Source: an uncultured Lentisphaerales bacterium (GTDB taxonomy: Bacteria; Verrucomicrobiota; Kiritimatiellia; RFP12; JAAYLN01). From it: 64,000 nt of DNA. A model generated the notes under the pieces. That model searched no databases. It was not told where the DNA came from and saw only the letters and a list, made by a program, of their open reading frames with translations. A program made the translations under genes and the position numbers. Location: the NCBI GenBank assembly GCA_964599645.1, contig CAZRGQ010000002.1:22275-86274 (forward strand). Reading direction: 5' to 3'. Position 1 is the first letter of the stretch; each line of letters starts with the position of its first letter. Positions 21,160-31,525 of the stretch are shown in pieces.

Positions 21160-22233
21160 TCAGGCCTTGCCTTTGTCGGCGTCGGCGTCGTCCGCGGCAG
21201 CGGCCTCAAGCGGCCGCCCCTTGATGGCGGCGGCGGCCGGCACCACCTCTTTGATCTTCTCGATGATATCCTGCACGATGGCCGGATTCTGGCGCAGATA
21301 TTCGGTCGAGGCGAGCGCCCCCTGTCCGATCTGCTCGGTGCCGAAGCTGAACCAGGAGCCGCGTTTGGTGATCACATTGTGCGCCAGCCCGGCATCGAGT
21401 ACCGATCCCTCCCAGGAGATGCCCTGGGAGTAGAGGATATCGAACTCCGCCTCGGTAAAGGGTGGCGCCACCTTGTTTTTAACCACCTTGACGCGTGTGC
21501 GGTTGCCGATCATGTTGCCCGAGGTCTCCTTGAGGGCGCCAATGCGCTGCACATGGAGCCGTACCGAGGAGTAGAACTTGAGCGCCCGGCCACCGGGGGT
21601 CGTCTCGGGATTGCCGAACATGACGCCGATCTTTTCGCGAATCTGGTTGGTGAAGATGCAGAGCGTCTTCGTCTGGGCGATCGTGCTGGTGAGTTTGCGC
21701 ATCGCCTGTGACATCAGACGCGCCTGCAGGCCGACGTGCGAATCGCCCATATTGCCGTCAATCTCGGCCTGTGGCGTCAGGGCTGCCACCGAATCGAGCA
21801 CCACGACATCGAGTGCGCCGCTCTTGATAAGCTGCTCGGTGATGGTGAGGGCCTCTTCGCCCGAGTTGGGCTGTGAGACGAGCAGATCATCGAGCTTGAC
21901 GCCGAGACGGCGCGCATAGTTGGCATCCATCGCATGTTCGGCGTCGACGAAGGCGGCCAACCCGCCTTCGCGCTGTGCATTGGCGATCACGTGGAGCGCC
22001 AGCGTCGTCTTGCCGGACGACTCAGGACCGTAAACTTCAACGATACGCCCGCGTGGCAGTCCACCGACCCCCAGCGCCAGATCGAGTGAAAAGGCGCCTG
22101 TGCTGATCACCGGAATACGCTTGGCGGCCTCGCCGTCACCCATACGCAAGATGGCGGTATCGCCGAACTCCTTGCGAATCTGTGCCAGCACAGCATCAAG
22201 TTGGGTGGGAGGGGCGCTCTTCTTTTCGGCCAT
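21160..22233 (-). CDS. recA: Recombinase A
   Basis: The product has Walker A (GPESSGKTT) and the RecA L1/L2 regions (…[22 protein letters not shown]…). Confidence 0.95.
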   Translation of the reverse strand: MAEKKSAPPTQLDAVLAQIRKEFGDTAILRMGDGEAAKRIPVISTGAFSLDLALGVGGLPRGRIVEVYGPESSGKTTLALHVIANAQREGGLAAFVDAEHAMDANYARRLGVKLDDLLVSQPNSGEEALTITEQLIKSGALDVVVLDSVAALTPQAEIDGNMGDSHVGLQARLMSQAMRKLTSTIAQTKTLCIFTNQIREKIGVMFGNPETTPGGRALKFYSSVRLHVQRIGALKETSGNMIGNRTRVKVVKNKVAPPFTEAEFDILYSQGISWEGSVLDAGLAHNVITKRGSWFSFGTEQIGQGALASTEYLRQNPAIVQDIIEKIKEVVPAAAAIKGRPLEAAAADDADADKGKA

Positions 22234-22280
22234 GGCTATCTACTCCAGAGAGAGGGTAAGGGGATATATGCAGTGTGCGG

Positions 22281-22356
22281 TGGAGCCAACGATCCGAATC
22301 GAACGGACGACCTGCTCATTACGAGTGAGCTGCTCTACCTACTGAGCTACGTTGGC
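22281..22356 (-). tRNA. tRNA-Thr (anticodon CGU)
   Basis: The cloverleaf folds by hand as GCCAACG-TA-GCUC AGUAGGUA GAGC-A-GCUCA CUCGUAA UGAGC-AGGUC-GUCCG UUCGAUU CGGAU-CGUUGGC-U-CCA. The CCA is encoded. Confidence 0.85.
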
Positions 22357-22511
22357 TGCTAGAAACAGGTGTAAGCATAGGCCAAAAAGGCTTGCAAGGT
22401 CAAGGCGCAAAATTGAGCTTATGCTCCTGACATTTGCCAAACCGCTGCCCCCTCTGTTTAACTTCCATATTTTGACGCACTCAGCCCCAGCCGACAGCAG
22501 TAAACTCTACT

Positions 22512-22548
22512 GGGGACAGAGAATAGGACTGACAGTTTCTCTGTCCCC
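22512..22548. repeat. Perfect 12-bp inverted repeat (GGGGACAGAGAA / TTCTCTGTCCCC) with a 13-nt loop
   Basis: Seen directly in the sequence. It lies in the lower-GC spacer between tRNA-Thr and the fabV 3' end. Confidence 0.35.
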
Positions 22549-22576
22549 ACTGACTGTCTCTGCGCCCTTTATTGTT

Positions 22577-22610
22577 CTCTGTCCCCTCCTACGCTCTGTC
22601 CCCTCCTACG
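22577..22610. repeat. Tandem direct repeat, 2 x 17 nt (CTCTGTCCCCTCCTACG)
   Basis: Seen directly in the sequence. Confidence 0.35.
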
Positions 22611-22875
22611 CTTGAGCGCCACTCGCAAAAAACAGGAGATATGTTTTGACCAGGAATGAGTTCATCAAACTTAACCGGCACCTGAAGATGTGGCTCACTC
22701 TACAAATGCGCTCCGCCACACGCACCACTTTCCCCTTGCATCCCGCCACAACCACTGGCTACACTACCTGCAAACAAACAGACCATTACCAATGGCCACC
22801 AACTCACATATTAGCCGTCTTCCCTGCAACCACTCCAATGCAGAGTTTGATGAGCATGCGTTGGGAATGACTGCC

Positions 22876-24030
22876 TCAGAGATCGTCAGGGCTGAAGCCG
22901 TGCAGTTCGAGAAAGTCGTTGCGATAGCCTTCGAAATCGACCTTTTCGTGGAGGTTGTCGTTGTTTAATCCCTCCAGGCGTTGCAAGACGGCCGCCTGCA
23001 CCTCGGGGCGCATCTCCCAGTCGTCGAGCCTGATGCGTCCGGCCTCATCAGTCGGCACCGCGCCGGCGACACCCAGACGGTCGCGAAAGAGCCGCAGGGC
23101 CTGCTCAAAACAACCTTCGTGCAGACCGCGCTCCTTCATCACACGGTAGAGGGCCGAGATATAGGGTGGCATGGCTGGAATAACCGAACTGGCGCGCGTC
23201 ACCAGCGCCTTGTTGACCGAGACCCAGGCGCGGCCGCCATTGGGTGCCAGCAACTCATTTAACCTGGTGGCAGTGGCCTCAAGATGCTCTTTGGCCCGTC
23301 CCAGGGTGCCGGAACGGTAGATGGCCCATGTCAGTTCCGGACCGATATAGGAGAAGGCAACGGTACGGGCCCCCCCGGCCACCATGTCGGCAGTCTGCAG
23401 ATCACGCAACCAGAGCTCCCAATCCTCGCCGCCCATCACCTTGACCGTCGCTTCGATCTCCTCCGGCTCGGCCGGGTGGATCACCACCTCCACCACATGC
23501 CCAGTTGAGACGTTGATCGTCTCGCCGCGAAAGGCTTCACCGATAGGCCGGATGGCAGAGCGCCAGACCTGCTCAGAGGCCGGATCTTTACGTTGCGGCG
23601 CCGCCAGGCTGTAGATGATGGTGTCAAAGGGGGCAAAGCCGGCCGCACGCGCCTGTGCGACGACCGCCGCACGCGTCTCCGGCAGAAAGGCATCGGCCAC
23701 CATGGTGACAGCACGCCGCCCCTCTGCACGGCAAATCCGGTCGAAAGCTTCGTTGTTGTACCAGCCGGGGGTTCCTTGCGCCGCTTCGTTGGGTGGCCGC
23801 TCGAAGGAGACACCAAAGGTATCGGCACCACCGGCAAAGGCGGCCACGATGCGGGCGGCCAGTCCGTAGCCGCCGGAGGCGCCGAGCACCAGGACCGAGC
23901 GCGGTGCCTGCGGCAGTGGCGCTGCTTCACGGGCACGAGCCACCTGCCTCTCAACCATCCGTTGCAGCCCCTCAGGCTTGACGGTAAAACAGACCCCGCT
24001 GCGGATCTTCGGCTTGATTATCTGTGACAT
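22876..24030 (-). CDS. fabV: Trans-2-enoyl-ACP reductase (FabV type)
   Basis: The 384-aa product aligns along its length with FabV: MSQIIKPKIRSGVCFTV…VLVLGASGGYGLAARI…YSLAAPQR…VMGGEDWELW…YIGPELT…. Confidence 0.85.
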   Translation of the reverse strand: MSQIIKPKIRSGVCFTVKPEGLQRMVERQVARAREAAPLPQAPRSVLVLGASGGYGLAARIVAAFAGGADTFGVSFERPPNEAAQGTPGWYNNEAFDRICRAEGRRAVTMVADAFLPETRAAVVAQARAAGFAPFDTIIYSLAAPQRKDPASEQVWRSAIRPIGEAFRGETINVSTGHVVEVVIHPAEPEEIEATVKVMGGEDWELWLRDLQTADMVAGGARTVAFSYIGPELTWAIYRSGTLGRAKEHLEATATRLNELLAPNGGRAWVSVNKALVTRASSVIPAMPPYISALYRVMKERGLHEGCFEQALRLFRDRLGVAGAVPTDEAGRIRLDDWEMRPEVQAAVLQRLEGLNNDNLHEKVDFEGYRNDFLELHGFSPDDL

Positions 24031-24283
24031 GCAAAAAGTCTCCCCTGTTTAATGGATCGGGCGGAGTCTATCCTTTACGCTGAAATGACAGCACCGCGCC
24101 AGAGCCGTTATTATATCAATTCCGGCCCGGTCAAACAACATTTTGCTGGGAGAGTGTGAATTGTGAACTGCAAGCTGTGGGAGCAAAAGCGCAGCCGCAT
24201 AGGCGTCGCTACGCCTCCGCTACGGCCATTACAGCGTACAGCTCACAATCCCCCCCCCTGCCGCCACGCACATGCTTCCGGCT

Positions 24284-24332
24284 TCGAAAGAATCGAAGAA
24301 GTCGAGGGAGTCGAAGGAATCGATTCTTTCGA
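24284..24332. promoter_or_regulatory. Perfect 13-bp inverted repeat (TCGAAAGAATCGA…TCGATTCTTTCGA) with a 23-nt loop, inside a 500-bp noncoding region
   Basis: Seen directly in the sequence. Nearby are the direct repeats CGGCACAAGCG x2 and GCGCGCT(C)GGAGAGCGC.CCCT.CC x2. The element lies upstream of fabV. Confidence 0.35.
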
Positions 24333-24538
24333 CTCAATCGGAGCGGCACAAGCGAAGCGGCACAAGCGGCAGCCATAGTGGCATTCTTAAACCCCACTCT
24401 TAATCGACTGCGGCGCGCTCGGAGAGCGCGCCCTACCTTGGCTGACGCACTGCGGCTCGGCACAGCCTCGCCCTCCACGGCGCGCTGCGGAGAGCGCACC
24501 CTGCCGTGGCAGATTGCAACAGGCAATGCCAGTGGGCG

Positions 24539-25345
24539 CTATGTCCGTTGGCTGGCAGGTGCCGGGGGGTATTTGCCGGCGATGGCGTCTTCGACGAGGC
24601 GGCGCGTGTCGAGGGGGAAGTCGCCGCGCAGGATCCAGTTGAGGTAGCCGATATCTTCGGTTACAAGGTCTCTGAGACGCCGCCCCTTCATCTTGCCAAA
24701 GTTGATCGTAATCTCGTTGTCAACCCAGCGCAGGCGGCCGGTGCGGTCGGCATTGAAGGGATCGGTGGCGTTGAATTGGCGGTCGAGGGTGGCCATGTCG
24801 TGTGGCAGATCGTCATATTTGCGGAACTGCCCCTTGAGCACTTCGAGCGTGACGCGGGTATCGGCCTCGGCGCCGTGGGCATCGAGATGTTCGCTGCCGC
24901 AGAAGAAGCGGTAGGCGGCTGTCAGGTCGCGCGGCTCTTTGGCGTGGTAGATGCGCTGGGCGTCGAGAATGCGGCGGTTATCGACATCGAGGTTGAGGCC
25001 GACGCGCTTGAACTCCTCTTCGAGCATGGGGATGTCGAAGCGCAGCACGTTGTAGCCGCCGAGGTCGCAGTTTTTAAGAAAGGCGTCGATCTCAGGCGCC
25101 ACTTGGGCAAAGGTGGGGCAGTCGCGCACGGCTTCGTCGGTGATGCCGTGGACGGCGGTGGTCTCGACCGGGATGGGAATGGTAGGGTTTACCAGCCAAT
25201 AGCGCTCAGTCTCGCTGCCGTCGGGCGCCACCTTGATGACGGCGAGCTCAATAATGCGGTCGGCACGCGGGCTGATGCCGGTGGATTCGATATCAAAGAT
25301 GACCAGTGGACGGTCGAGTTTAAGCGGCAGGGGTTGGTTTGTCAT
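24539..25345 (-). CDS. DEDDh-type 3'-5' exonuclease (DnaQ-like)
   Basis: The product has the exonuclease motifs Exo I (LVIFDIESTGI), Exo II (YNVLRFDIPMLEEE) and Exo III (HGAEADTRVT). The start is placed at MTNQPL…. Confidence 0.65.
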   Translation of the reverse strand: MTNQPLPLKLDRPLVIFDIESTGISPRADRIIELAVIKVAPDGSETERYWLVNPTIPIPVETTAVHGITDEAVRDCPTFAQVAPEIDAFLKNCDLGGYNVLRFDIPMLEEEFKRVGLNLDVDNRRILDAQRIYHAKEPRDLTAAYRFFCGSEHLDAHGAEADTRVTLEVLKGQFRKYDDLPHDMATLDRQFNATDPFNADRTGRLRWVDNEITINFGKMKGRRLRDLVTEDIGYLNWILRGDFPLDTRRLVEDAIAGKYPPAPASQRT

Positions 25346-25419
25346 TTTCAACAGATAGAAGGGGGGGGGCCGTTGCCACACCGTCCGGTGCGGCAACGGC
25401 CAGAGGGTGAGAGAGCGGC

Positions 25420-27534
25420 TCAGGCCTCGGTAGCGGCCTGCTGGTCGCGCTCTTTCATCGCTTCGCGACGGCTCAGCTTGATGCGGCCGCGGTCATCGAC
25501 GGCGATCACCTTGACCCACATCTTGTCGCCTACCTGACAGACGTCTTCGACGCTGCGGATACGGGCATCGGCCAGTTCGCTGATGTGGCAGAGGCCATCC
25601 TGGCCCGGCAGAATCTCCACAAAGGCGCCAAACTCCTTGATACCGGTGACGGTGCCTTCGTAGATGCGTCCCTCTTCAACCTCGGCAGAGATCGCTTCGA
25701 CCTCACGCACGGCGAGTGACATCGACTCGCTGTTGGTGGCGAAGATCGAGACGGTGCCATCCTCTTCGATGTCGATCTGGGCGCCGGAGAGCTCGGTAAT
25801 GCGGCGGATGTTCTTGCCGCCGGGACCGATCAGGCCGCCGATCTTGTCGACTGGAATGACGATGGTCGTGATGCGCGGCGCGTGGGGCGAGAGTTCGGCC
25901 CGCGGTTCGGCGATCACGCTCTCCATGAAGTCGAGAATCTTGAAGCGGGCATTGCGCGTCTGGCGCAGCGCCTCTTCGACGATATCCCAGGTTAGGCCGC
26001 GCACCTTGAGGTCGACTTGAAAGCCGGTAATCCCCTGGCGGGTGCCGCTGACCTTGAAGTCCATGTCGCCGCAGTGGTCTTCGCTGCCGAGGATATCGGT
26101 AACGACCACGGTACGGCCATCGGCGGCGGTAAAGAGTCCGGCCGAGATACCGGCCACGGGGGCCTTGATGGGGATACCGGCATCCATCATGGCGAGGGTG
26201 CCGACGCAGACGCTGGCCATCGAGGAGGAGCCGTTGGAGCCCATGATCTCGGAGACGACGCGGATCGTATAGGGGTAGTCGGCGGGAATCACGGGGCGCA
26301 GTGAGCGCTCGGCAAGGGCGCCGTGCCCGACTTCACGCCGTCCGGGACCCATAATGCGGCGCACTTCGCCCACCGAGTAGGGGGGGAAGTTGTAGTGCAG
26401 CATGAAGGCTTTCGACTTCTCGCCGCCGACAATGGCGTCGAGCTCCTGGACATCCTGTTTGGTGCCGAGGGTGACGGTCGCAAGCGACTGCGTCTCGCCG
26501 CGGTTGAAGAGCGCCGAGCCGTGGGTGCGCGGCAGGAGCCCTACCTGAGCCGAGAGGGGGCGCAGCTCTTCGGCGGCGCGGCCATCGCTGCGCTTGCCAT
26601 GTTCGAGGAGGTTGCTGCGGACGGTCTCGATCTCGAGGGCATCAAAGAGACGGGCAAAATCGTCGTCGCTCACTTCGGGGAAGAGCTCCAGCAACTTGGT
26701 CCGCAGCCCGGCCTTGATCGTGCCAACACGCTCCTGGCGTTCGAGTTTGCCGGCAATCTGCAACGCCTGGGAGAGGCTGTCACCGACGGCCTGACGCAAG
26801 GCCGTCATCTGCTCGTTGTTGGGCGGGGTCTCGACGATCACCTTGTCAGGCTTGCCGAGCTTGCGGCGCAGTTCGATCTGGAGGTCGACGAGGCGCACGA
26901 CCTCCTCCTGGGCCACCTTCATGGCGGCGAGGAAGTCGTCGTCGGCGATCTCATCAGCGCCGCCCTCCATCATCAGGAAGCGGTCGCGTGTGCCGGCGTA
27001 CATCAGGTCGAGGTCGCTCTTCTCGCGTTCTTCATTGGTGGGGTTAATGACCCAGGCGCCAGCGACACGTCCGATACGGACAGCGGCGATCGGGCCGTAG
27101 AAGGGGACTTCCGAGATGTGTAACGCGGTACTGGCGGCGATCACGCTCAGCACGTCGGGATCGTTGACGCCATCGGCCGAGAGGAGCATGTTCATCACCT
27201 GCACGTCGTTATAGTACCCCTCGGGGAAGAGGGGCCGGATGGGGCGGTCGGTGAGACGTGCAATCAGGGTCTCGCGATCACTGGGGCGCGCTTCGCGTTT
27301 GAAGTAGCCGCCGGGGAACATGCCGGAGGCGTAGTAGCGCTCGCGGTAGTCGACCTGCAGCGGGAAGTAGTCGATCCCCTCACGCGGGGTATCGGTGTGG
27401 CAGACGGCCGAGAAGAGGATGGTGTCGGCCAGGCGTACCGTGACCGAGCCGGCCGCCTGTAGCGCCAGCAGTCCGGTCTCGATCGTGATCGTTTGTCCAC
27501 CGATGGTGGTGGAGACGGATGTTGTTGTGTTCAT
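25420..27534 (-). CDS. pnp: Polynucleotide phosphorylase
   Basis: The 704-aa product has two RNase PH domains, a KH domain and a C-terminal S1 domain (…[29 protein letters not shown]…). Confidence 0.95.
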   Translation of the reverse strand: MNTTTSVSTTIGGQTITIETGLLALQAAGSVTVRLADTILFSAVCHTDTPREGIDYFPLQVDYRERYYASGMFPGGYFKREARPSDRETLIARLTDRPIRPLFPEGYYNDVQVMNMLLSADGVNDPDVLSVIAASTALHISEVPFYGPIAAVRIGRVAGAWVINPTNEEREKSDLDLMYAGTRDRFLMMEGGADEIADDDFLAAMKVAQEEVVRLVDLQIELRRKLGKPDKVIVETPPNNEQMTALRQAVGDSLSQALQIAGKLERQERVGTIKAGLRTKLLELFPEVSDDDFARLFDALEIETVRSNLLEHGKRSDGRAAEELRPLSAQVGLLPRTHGSALFNRGETQSLATVTLGTKQDVQELDAIVGGEKSKAFMLHYNFPPYSVGEVRRIMGPGRREVGHGALAERSLRPVIPADYPYTIRVVSEIMGSNGSSSMASVCVGTLAMMDAGIPIKAPVAGISAGLFTAADGRTVVVTDILGSEDHCGDMDFKVSGTRQGITGFQVDLKVRGLTWDIVEEALRQTRNARFKILDFMESVIAEPRAELSPHAPRITTIVIPVDKIGGLIGPGGKNIRRITELSGAQIDIEEDGTVSIFATNSESMSLAVREVEAISAEVEEGRIYEGTVTGIKEFGAFVEILPGQDGLCHISELADARIRSVEDVCQVGDKMWVKVIAVDDRGRIKLSRREAMKERDQQAATEA

Positions 27535-27686
27535 GTGTCCTTTCTGGACATGGCGTGCCGGGCGGGCACCAGTTATAGCGCTCCACGCTACGGGCGTGGG
27601 TTATGCCACCCTCTGCCTGCGCTGCAACTCCGGCGGAGAGCCTCTCCGCTTTCGGGGCAGAGCAGGTCTGGAGGGTCTCTTTTCGC

Positions 27687-27950
27687 CTAGCGGCGAATAC
27701 CGAGTTCCTTGATCAGACTCTGATAGCGCGCTTCATTCTTGCGCTTCAGGTAGTCAAGGAGACGGCGGCGGGCGCTTACCATACGGATCAGCCCATAACG
27801 GGAGCTCACATCCTTGGGATGCGTCTTGAGATGCCCGGTAAGCATCTCGATCTTTTTGGTAAGCACTGCGATCTGCACTTCGCTCGAACCAGAGTCATTG
27901 GCATGACGCTGGAAGGCTTGGCGTACGGCTGCTTTGTCAATTCGGCTCAT
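27687..27950 (-). CDS. rpsO: 30S ribosomal protein S15
   Basis: The product reads MSRIDKAAVRQAFQRHANDSGSSEVQIAVLTKKIEMLTGHLKTHPKDVSSRYGLIRMVSARRRLLDYLKRKN… (87 aa). The downstream intergenic region has the perfect hairpin CGGAGAGGCTCTCCG before pnp. Confidence 0.9.
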   Translation of the reverse strand: MSRIDKAAVRQAFQRHANDSGSSEVQIAVLTKKIEMLTGHLKTHPKDVSSRYGLIRMVSARRRLLDYLKRKNEARYQSLIKELGIRR

Positions 27951-28259
27951 GTTAACCAGGGGTCCTTGCCCAGCACGACGGTGTCGTTTGTACTTCTTGT
28001 CGTTAATTCCAGCGTGCAATATGGACTCTCCGCTGTGGAAAGTCAAGCGAGTTCGACCTCGGCACGGTGGCTGGGACAGAACACCGGGAGTTCAAAGCCG
28101 CAACGGGGAGACCAGCTCCAAGCACGCCGCAGGTAAATTGCGTTACATCTTACAGTTTTAAGCGGCATAAAGCAAACAGAAAAGTTGCAAGGTTGTAGCC
28201 GGCTCGCCAACCTGCTATGCTCTCCCGCCAGCAACGACCAATGCGAAGAGAGTGACATC

Positions 28260-29336
28260 ATGCTGCTACCAACCGGAAGTGAAGCGCAACGGCGCCAATG
28301 GTATCTCAAACTGGCGGCTGGCAACCCTGCCATGCCGATCGGCGCCGACCTCTTTCTACATACCAAGCCGGACCATGCTACACGCCTCTATGACGGTGCG
28401 GCGCTGGCGGAGGTCATCATCGAGGCGGCAGACTACTTTAAAACGCCGCTGGCGCTGCCGCTGATGGACCTGACAATCGAGAAGCGCTGGTTGCTGGAGC
28501 TGCTTGGCCAGCCGGCGGTTGCGAACGACGACTATCACTTTACCGAACCGCCGACTGCCGCCGCCGTGGCGCAGGTGGCAGCAGGAGTGCAGGGACCCCC
28601 TACCCGACGTCTGGCGGCAAGTTGTGAAGCCCTGTCACATGTTGCGGCACGGGGCGACCTGGTGGCGGTGGGGATGGCGATCGGCCCCTTCTCGCTCCTG
28701 ACCAAGCTGCTGAGCGACCCCATTACAGCGGTCTTTCTGGCCGGCAGCGACGTGACAGCAGCCGAGGAGCCGGAAGTGGCAACAGCCGAAGTGGCGTTGC
28801 AACTGGCGACGATGGTCGTGCTGCGCAGTCTGGAGCTGCAGGTGGCAGCCGGAGCGCGCCTGATCTGCCTCTGCGAGCCGGCGGCCAACAGCGTCTACCT
28901 CTCGCCGCGTCAGATTGAGGCGGGGAGCGACATCTTCGAGCGCTTTGTGATGGAGCCCAACCGCCGCATCAAGGGGCTGCTGCGCAGTCTCGATTGCGAT
29001 CTGATGTTCCACAACTGCGGCGAGTTGAGCGACCGGATGGTAGATGAGTTTAACAGCCTCCACCCCGTGATACTCAGCTTCGGCTCCTCACGCAAACTCT
29101 GGGAGGATGCGGCCCGTGTTGCGCCAGATGTCGTGCTTTTCGGGAATCTGCCCTCCAGGAAGTTCTACTCCGACAGCGAGTGCTCCGTTGCCGCCGTAGC
29201 GGAGATGGCTGCGACGTTGCGCAGCCGCATGGCCGCCACGGGGCACCCCTTTATTCTGGGAACTGAGTGCGACGTCCTCTCTGTGCCAGAGGCGCACGAC
29301 ACGATTATGGCGAAAGTGGCATCTATGATGCATTAG
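28260..29336 (+). CDS. Uroporphyrinogen-decarboxylase (URO-D/MtaA-like) family protein
   Basis: The TIM-barrel regions …LMFHNCGELSDRMVDEF…ILSFGSS… and FILGTECDV are typical of the URO-D / methylcobamide methyltransferase family. The start is placed at MLLPTGSE…. Confidence 0.5.
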   Translation: MLLPTGSEAQRRQWYLKLAAGNPAMPIGADLFLHTKPDHATRLYDGAALAEVIIEAADYFKTPLALPLMDLTIEKRWLLELLGQPAVANDDYHFTEPPTAAAVAQVAAGVQGPPTRRLAASCEALSHVAARGDLVAVGMAIGPFSLLTKLLSDPITAVFLAGSDVTAAEEPEVATAEVALQLATMVVLRSLELQVAAGARLICLCEPAANSVYLSPRQIEAGSDIFERFVMEPNRRIKGLLRSLDCDLMFHNCGELSDRMVDEFNSLHPVILSFGSSRKLWEDAARVAPDVVLFGNLPSRKFYSDSECSVAAVAEMAATLRSRMAATGHPFILGTECDVLSVPEAHDTIMAKVASMMH

Positions 29337-29392
29337 CCGCATGAGCCCGCCAACCAGCAAGGAGCGACGTCTGTGACGTTGCCGATAATCTC

Positions 29393-30616
29393 ATGATCAG
29401 AAGAATCCGCTTAACCTTCCTCTCCACCTTCCGCCCCAACTCAGGCGCACTCCCCTTCTTTACCAGCATTATCGTCTGGGGCATCGGGGCCGGCTGTTTT
29501 GCCGCCACGCTGAACAACTTCCTCGTCGACATTTACGACCTGAGCGAGGTGCAACGCGGACTGCTGGAGTTTTTCCGTGAGATGCCGGGGCTGCTGCTCG
29601 TCTTTCTGCTGGCCCTGCTCCATCGCAAAAGCGACTGGTACGTCTTCCGCCTCGGCCTCCTGATTGCGATGGCCGGCGCCATTCTGCTGACAATACCGAC
29701 CAACTTTGCCGTCGCCACCCTGCTGATCATGATCTGGAGCACGGGCGAACATCTGGCGATGCCGGTACGCCATTCGATTGCGATGAGTGTGGCCCGCAAG
29801 GGGCGGGCCGGCGCTTCGCTCGGTTATGTCAGCAGCGCCCTGAATGGCGGCCATGTGGTGGGCAACCTGCTGGTGGCGCTCCTCTTCCTGCTGGGAGTGA
29901 GCTACTTCAAGGTCGAAAAGAGGGTGATACTCTACAACATCGTCTGGATCCTGATCTTTCTCCTGGCGGGGACTTCGGCCCTCTGTACTCTGTCGCGCCA
30001 CAAGCAGGAGGCGCCCGTCAGGCGACCGCGCCTCCTGTTGCGGCGCAAATTTGGCCTCTTCTACGGTCTGGAGCTCTTCTACGGCGCGCGCAAACAGATT
30101 TTCCTCACCTTTGCCCCCTTTGTGCTGATCCGCGAATATGGCGCCGATACGAGCTACATGGCGCTCCTCCTGGGTATCGCGGCGCTGCTCAACATGGTGG
30201 CCGGCCCCTGGATCGGGCGACTGACCGACCTGCTGGGCTACCGCACCGTGATGGTCTACGACACCTTTATCCTCGTCTTCGTCTGCCTGCTCTACGGCTT
30301 TGCCGGCGACTGGTTCCCCCGCCACATAGCCTTCTGGGTGGTTTCACTCAATTTCCTGCTGGATGCCATTATCAGCACCACCTCGCTGGCAAGCAATATC
30401 TACGTGCGAGACATCTCGTCCAACAGCGAAGAGCTGACCTCTACACTCTCGACCGGCATCTCGATGAACCACCTCGTCTCGGTAGTCGCCGGGCCGCTCG
30501 GTGGCATCGTCTGGATGCGTTGGGGCATCGGGCCGCTCTTTGCCATCTCGGCCCTGCTGGGTCTGGGCAATTCGTGGTGTGCTATGCAGATTCCACTGCG
30601 CAAGGGAAATCGATAG
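29393..30616 (+). CDS. MFS transporter
   Basis: The 407-aa product has about 12 hydrophobic segments and an MFS-like loop pattern. Confidence 0.7.
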   Translation: MIRRIRLTFLSTFRPNSGALPFFTSIIVWGIGAGCFAATLNNFLVDIYDLSEVQRGLLEFFREMPGLLLVFLLALLHRKSDWYVFRLGLLIAMAGAILLTIPTNFAVATLLIMIWSTGEHLAMPVRHSIAMSVARKGRAGASLGYVSSALNGGHVVGNLLVALLFLLGVSYFKVEKRVILYNIVWILIFLLAGTSALCTLSRHKQEAPVRRPRLLLRRKFGLFYGLELFYGARKQIFLTFAPFVLIREYGADTSYMALLLGIAALLNMVAGPWIGRLTDLLGYRTVMVYDTFILVFVCLLYGFAGDWFPRHIAFWVVSLNFLLDAIISTTSLASNIYVRDISSNSEELTSTLSTGISMNHLVSVVAGPLGGIVWMRWGIGPLFAISALLGLGNSWCAMQIPLRKGNR

Positions 30617-31319
30617 CCAGCATCGGACGCGGGTTGTCGGTGATGATCCGCTCGACACCGGCACCGGCCCAGAAGGCGACCCGCAGCGGATCGTTGACGG
30701 TCCAGACACCGACGTGAAGCCCCTGCTGCCTGGCGGCCACCACATGGTCGCGGGTCAGGGTGGGGTTGCCACAGTGAATCCATGGAAGCTGATGTTCCAG
30801 CGCCAGCGGCATGACCGTCTCCACCTTGCCGAGCAGTGCGAGGCCCAGAGTTGGTGCGAGAGCTCTGACGGCCAGCAGGATATCGAGATGGAAGGATGAG
30901 ATCACATAGTCGTCGAGCTTGTCGAAACGGCGCAAGAGCCGCACCACCTCAGCGACGGCTGCGGCTTCATCCGGCTGGCGTTTGATCTCGATGTTGAGTC
31001 CGAGCGATGTGGCGCTGATCAGCTCCAGGGCGCTTTCGAACGTCGGCACCGGCTCACCGGCAAACTCGGCTGCCCGTCGCACGCCGGCGTCGAGCGAGTA
31101 GAGTTCGGCAGCCGTCTTGGTGGCCACGGCGCCTGTACCATCGGTTGTGCGGTCGACGGTGGCATCGTGGATCACCATCAGCGTGCCATCCGACGAGAGA
31201 CGAACGTCGAGCTCGATAGAGGCGGCCCCCAGCACTATGGCCCGTTTAAAGGCGGCCAGGGTATTCTCAGGGGTTTCGGCATTGGCGCCGCGATGTGCTT
31301 CAATAATTGGTTTGGCCAT
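30582..31319 (-). CDS. Glycerophosphodiester phosphodiesterase
   Basis: The product has the GDPD motifs MAKPIIEAHRGANAETPENTLAAFKRAIVLGAASIELDVRLSSDGTLMVIHD and …NIEIK…. Confidence 0.8.
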   Translation of the reverse strand: MAKPIIEAHRGANAETPENTLAAFKRAIVLGAASIELDVRLSSDGTLMVIHDATVDRTTDGTGAVATKTAAELYSLDAGVRRAAEFAGEPVPTFESALELISATSLGLNIEIKRQPDEAAAVAEVVRLLRRFDKLDDYVISSFHLDILLAVRALAPTLGLALLGKVETVMPLALEHQLPWIHCGNPTLTRDHVVAARQQGLHVGVWTVNDPLRVAFWAGAGVERIITDNPRPMLAIDFPCAVESA

Positions 31320-31525
31320 TTCTCCCCAAATTCGGACTTCTTGTTACAGTCCGGTAAGTCTTACAAAACAGTGTAAATTGCCAAGGCGTTTTTTGTACAC
31401 GCCCAAAGTGGCGACATGGCAGATTCGCCGGGGGGAACACCGATTCCCATGCGGAATCAAGCTTCAGAGAGGCTCCGCCATGCCGCAGCTATTATTACCA
31501 TGATTTTCCGGTGGTGCCAGTCTAA

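Noticed and set aside
24156-24647. 163-aa Arg-rich ORF in the fabV upstream noncoding region
   Set aside because: Its composition is extreme (R/S/A-rich), there is no RBS context, and it overlaps the exonuclease gene 3' end. The region is treated as noncoding.
30582-30616. 35-nt convergent overlap between the MFS transporter and GDPD gene 3' ends
   Set aside because: Most likely just one extended stop-codon choice for one of the genes. No functional inference can be drawn.
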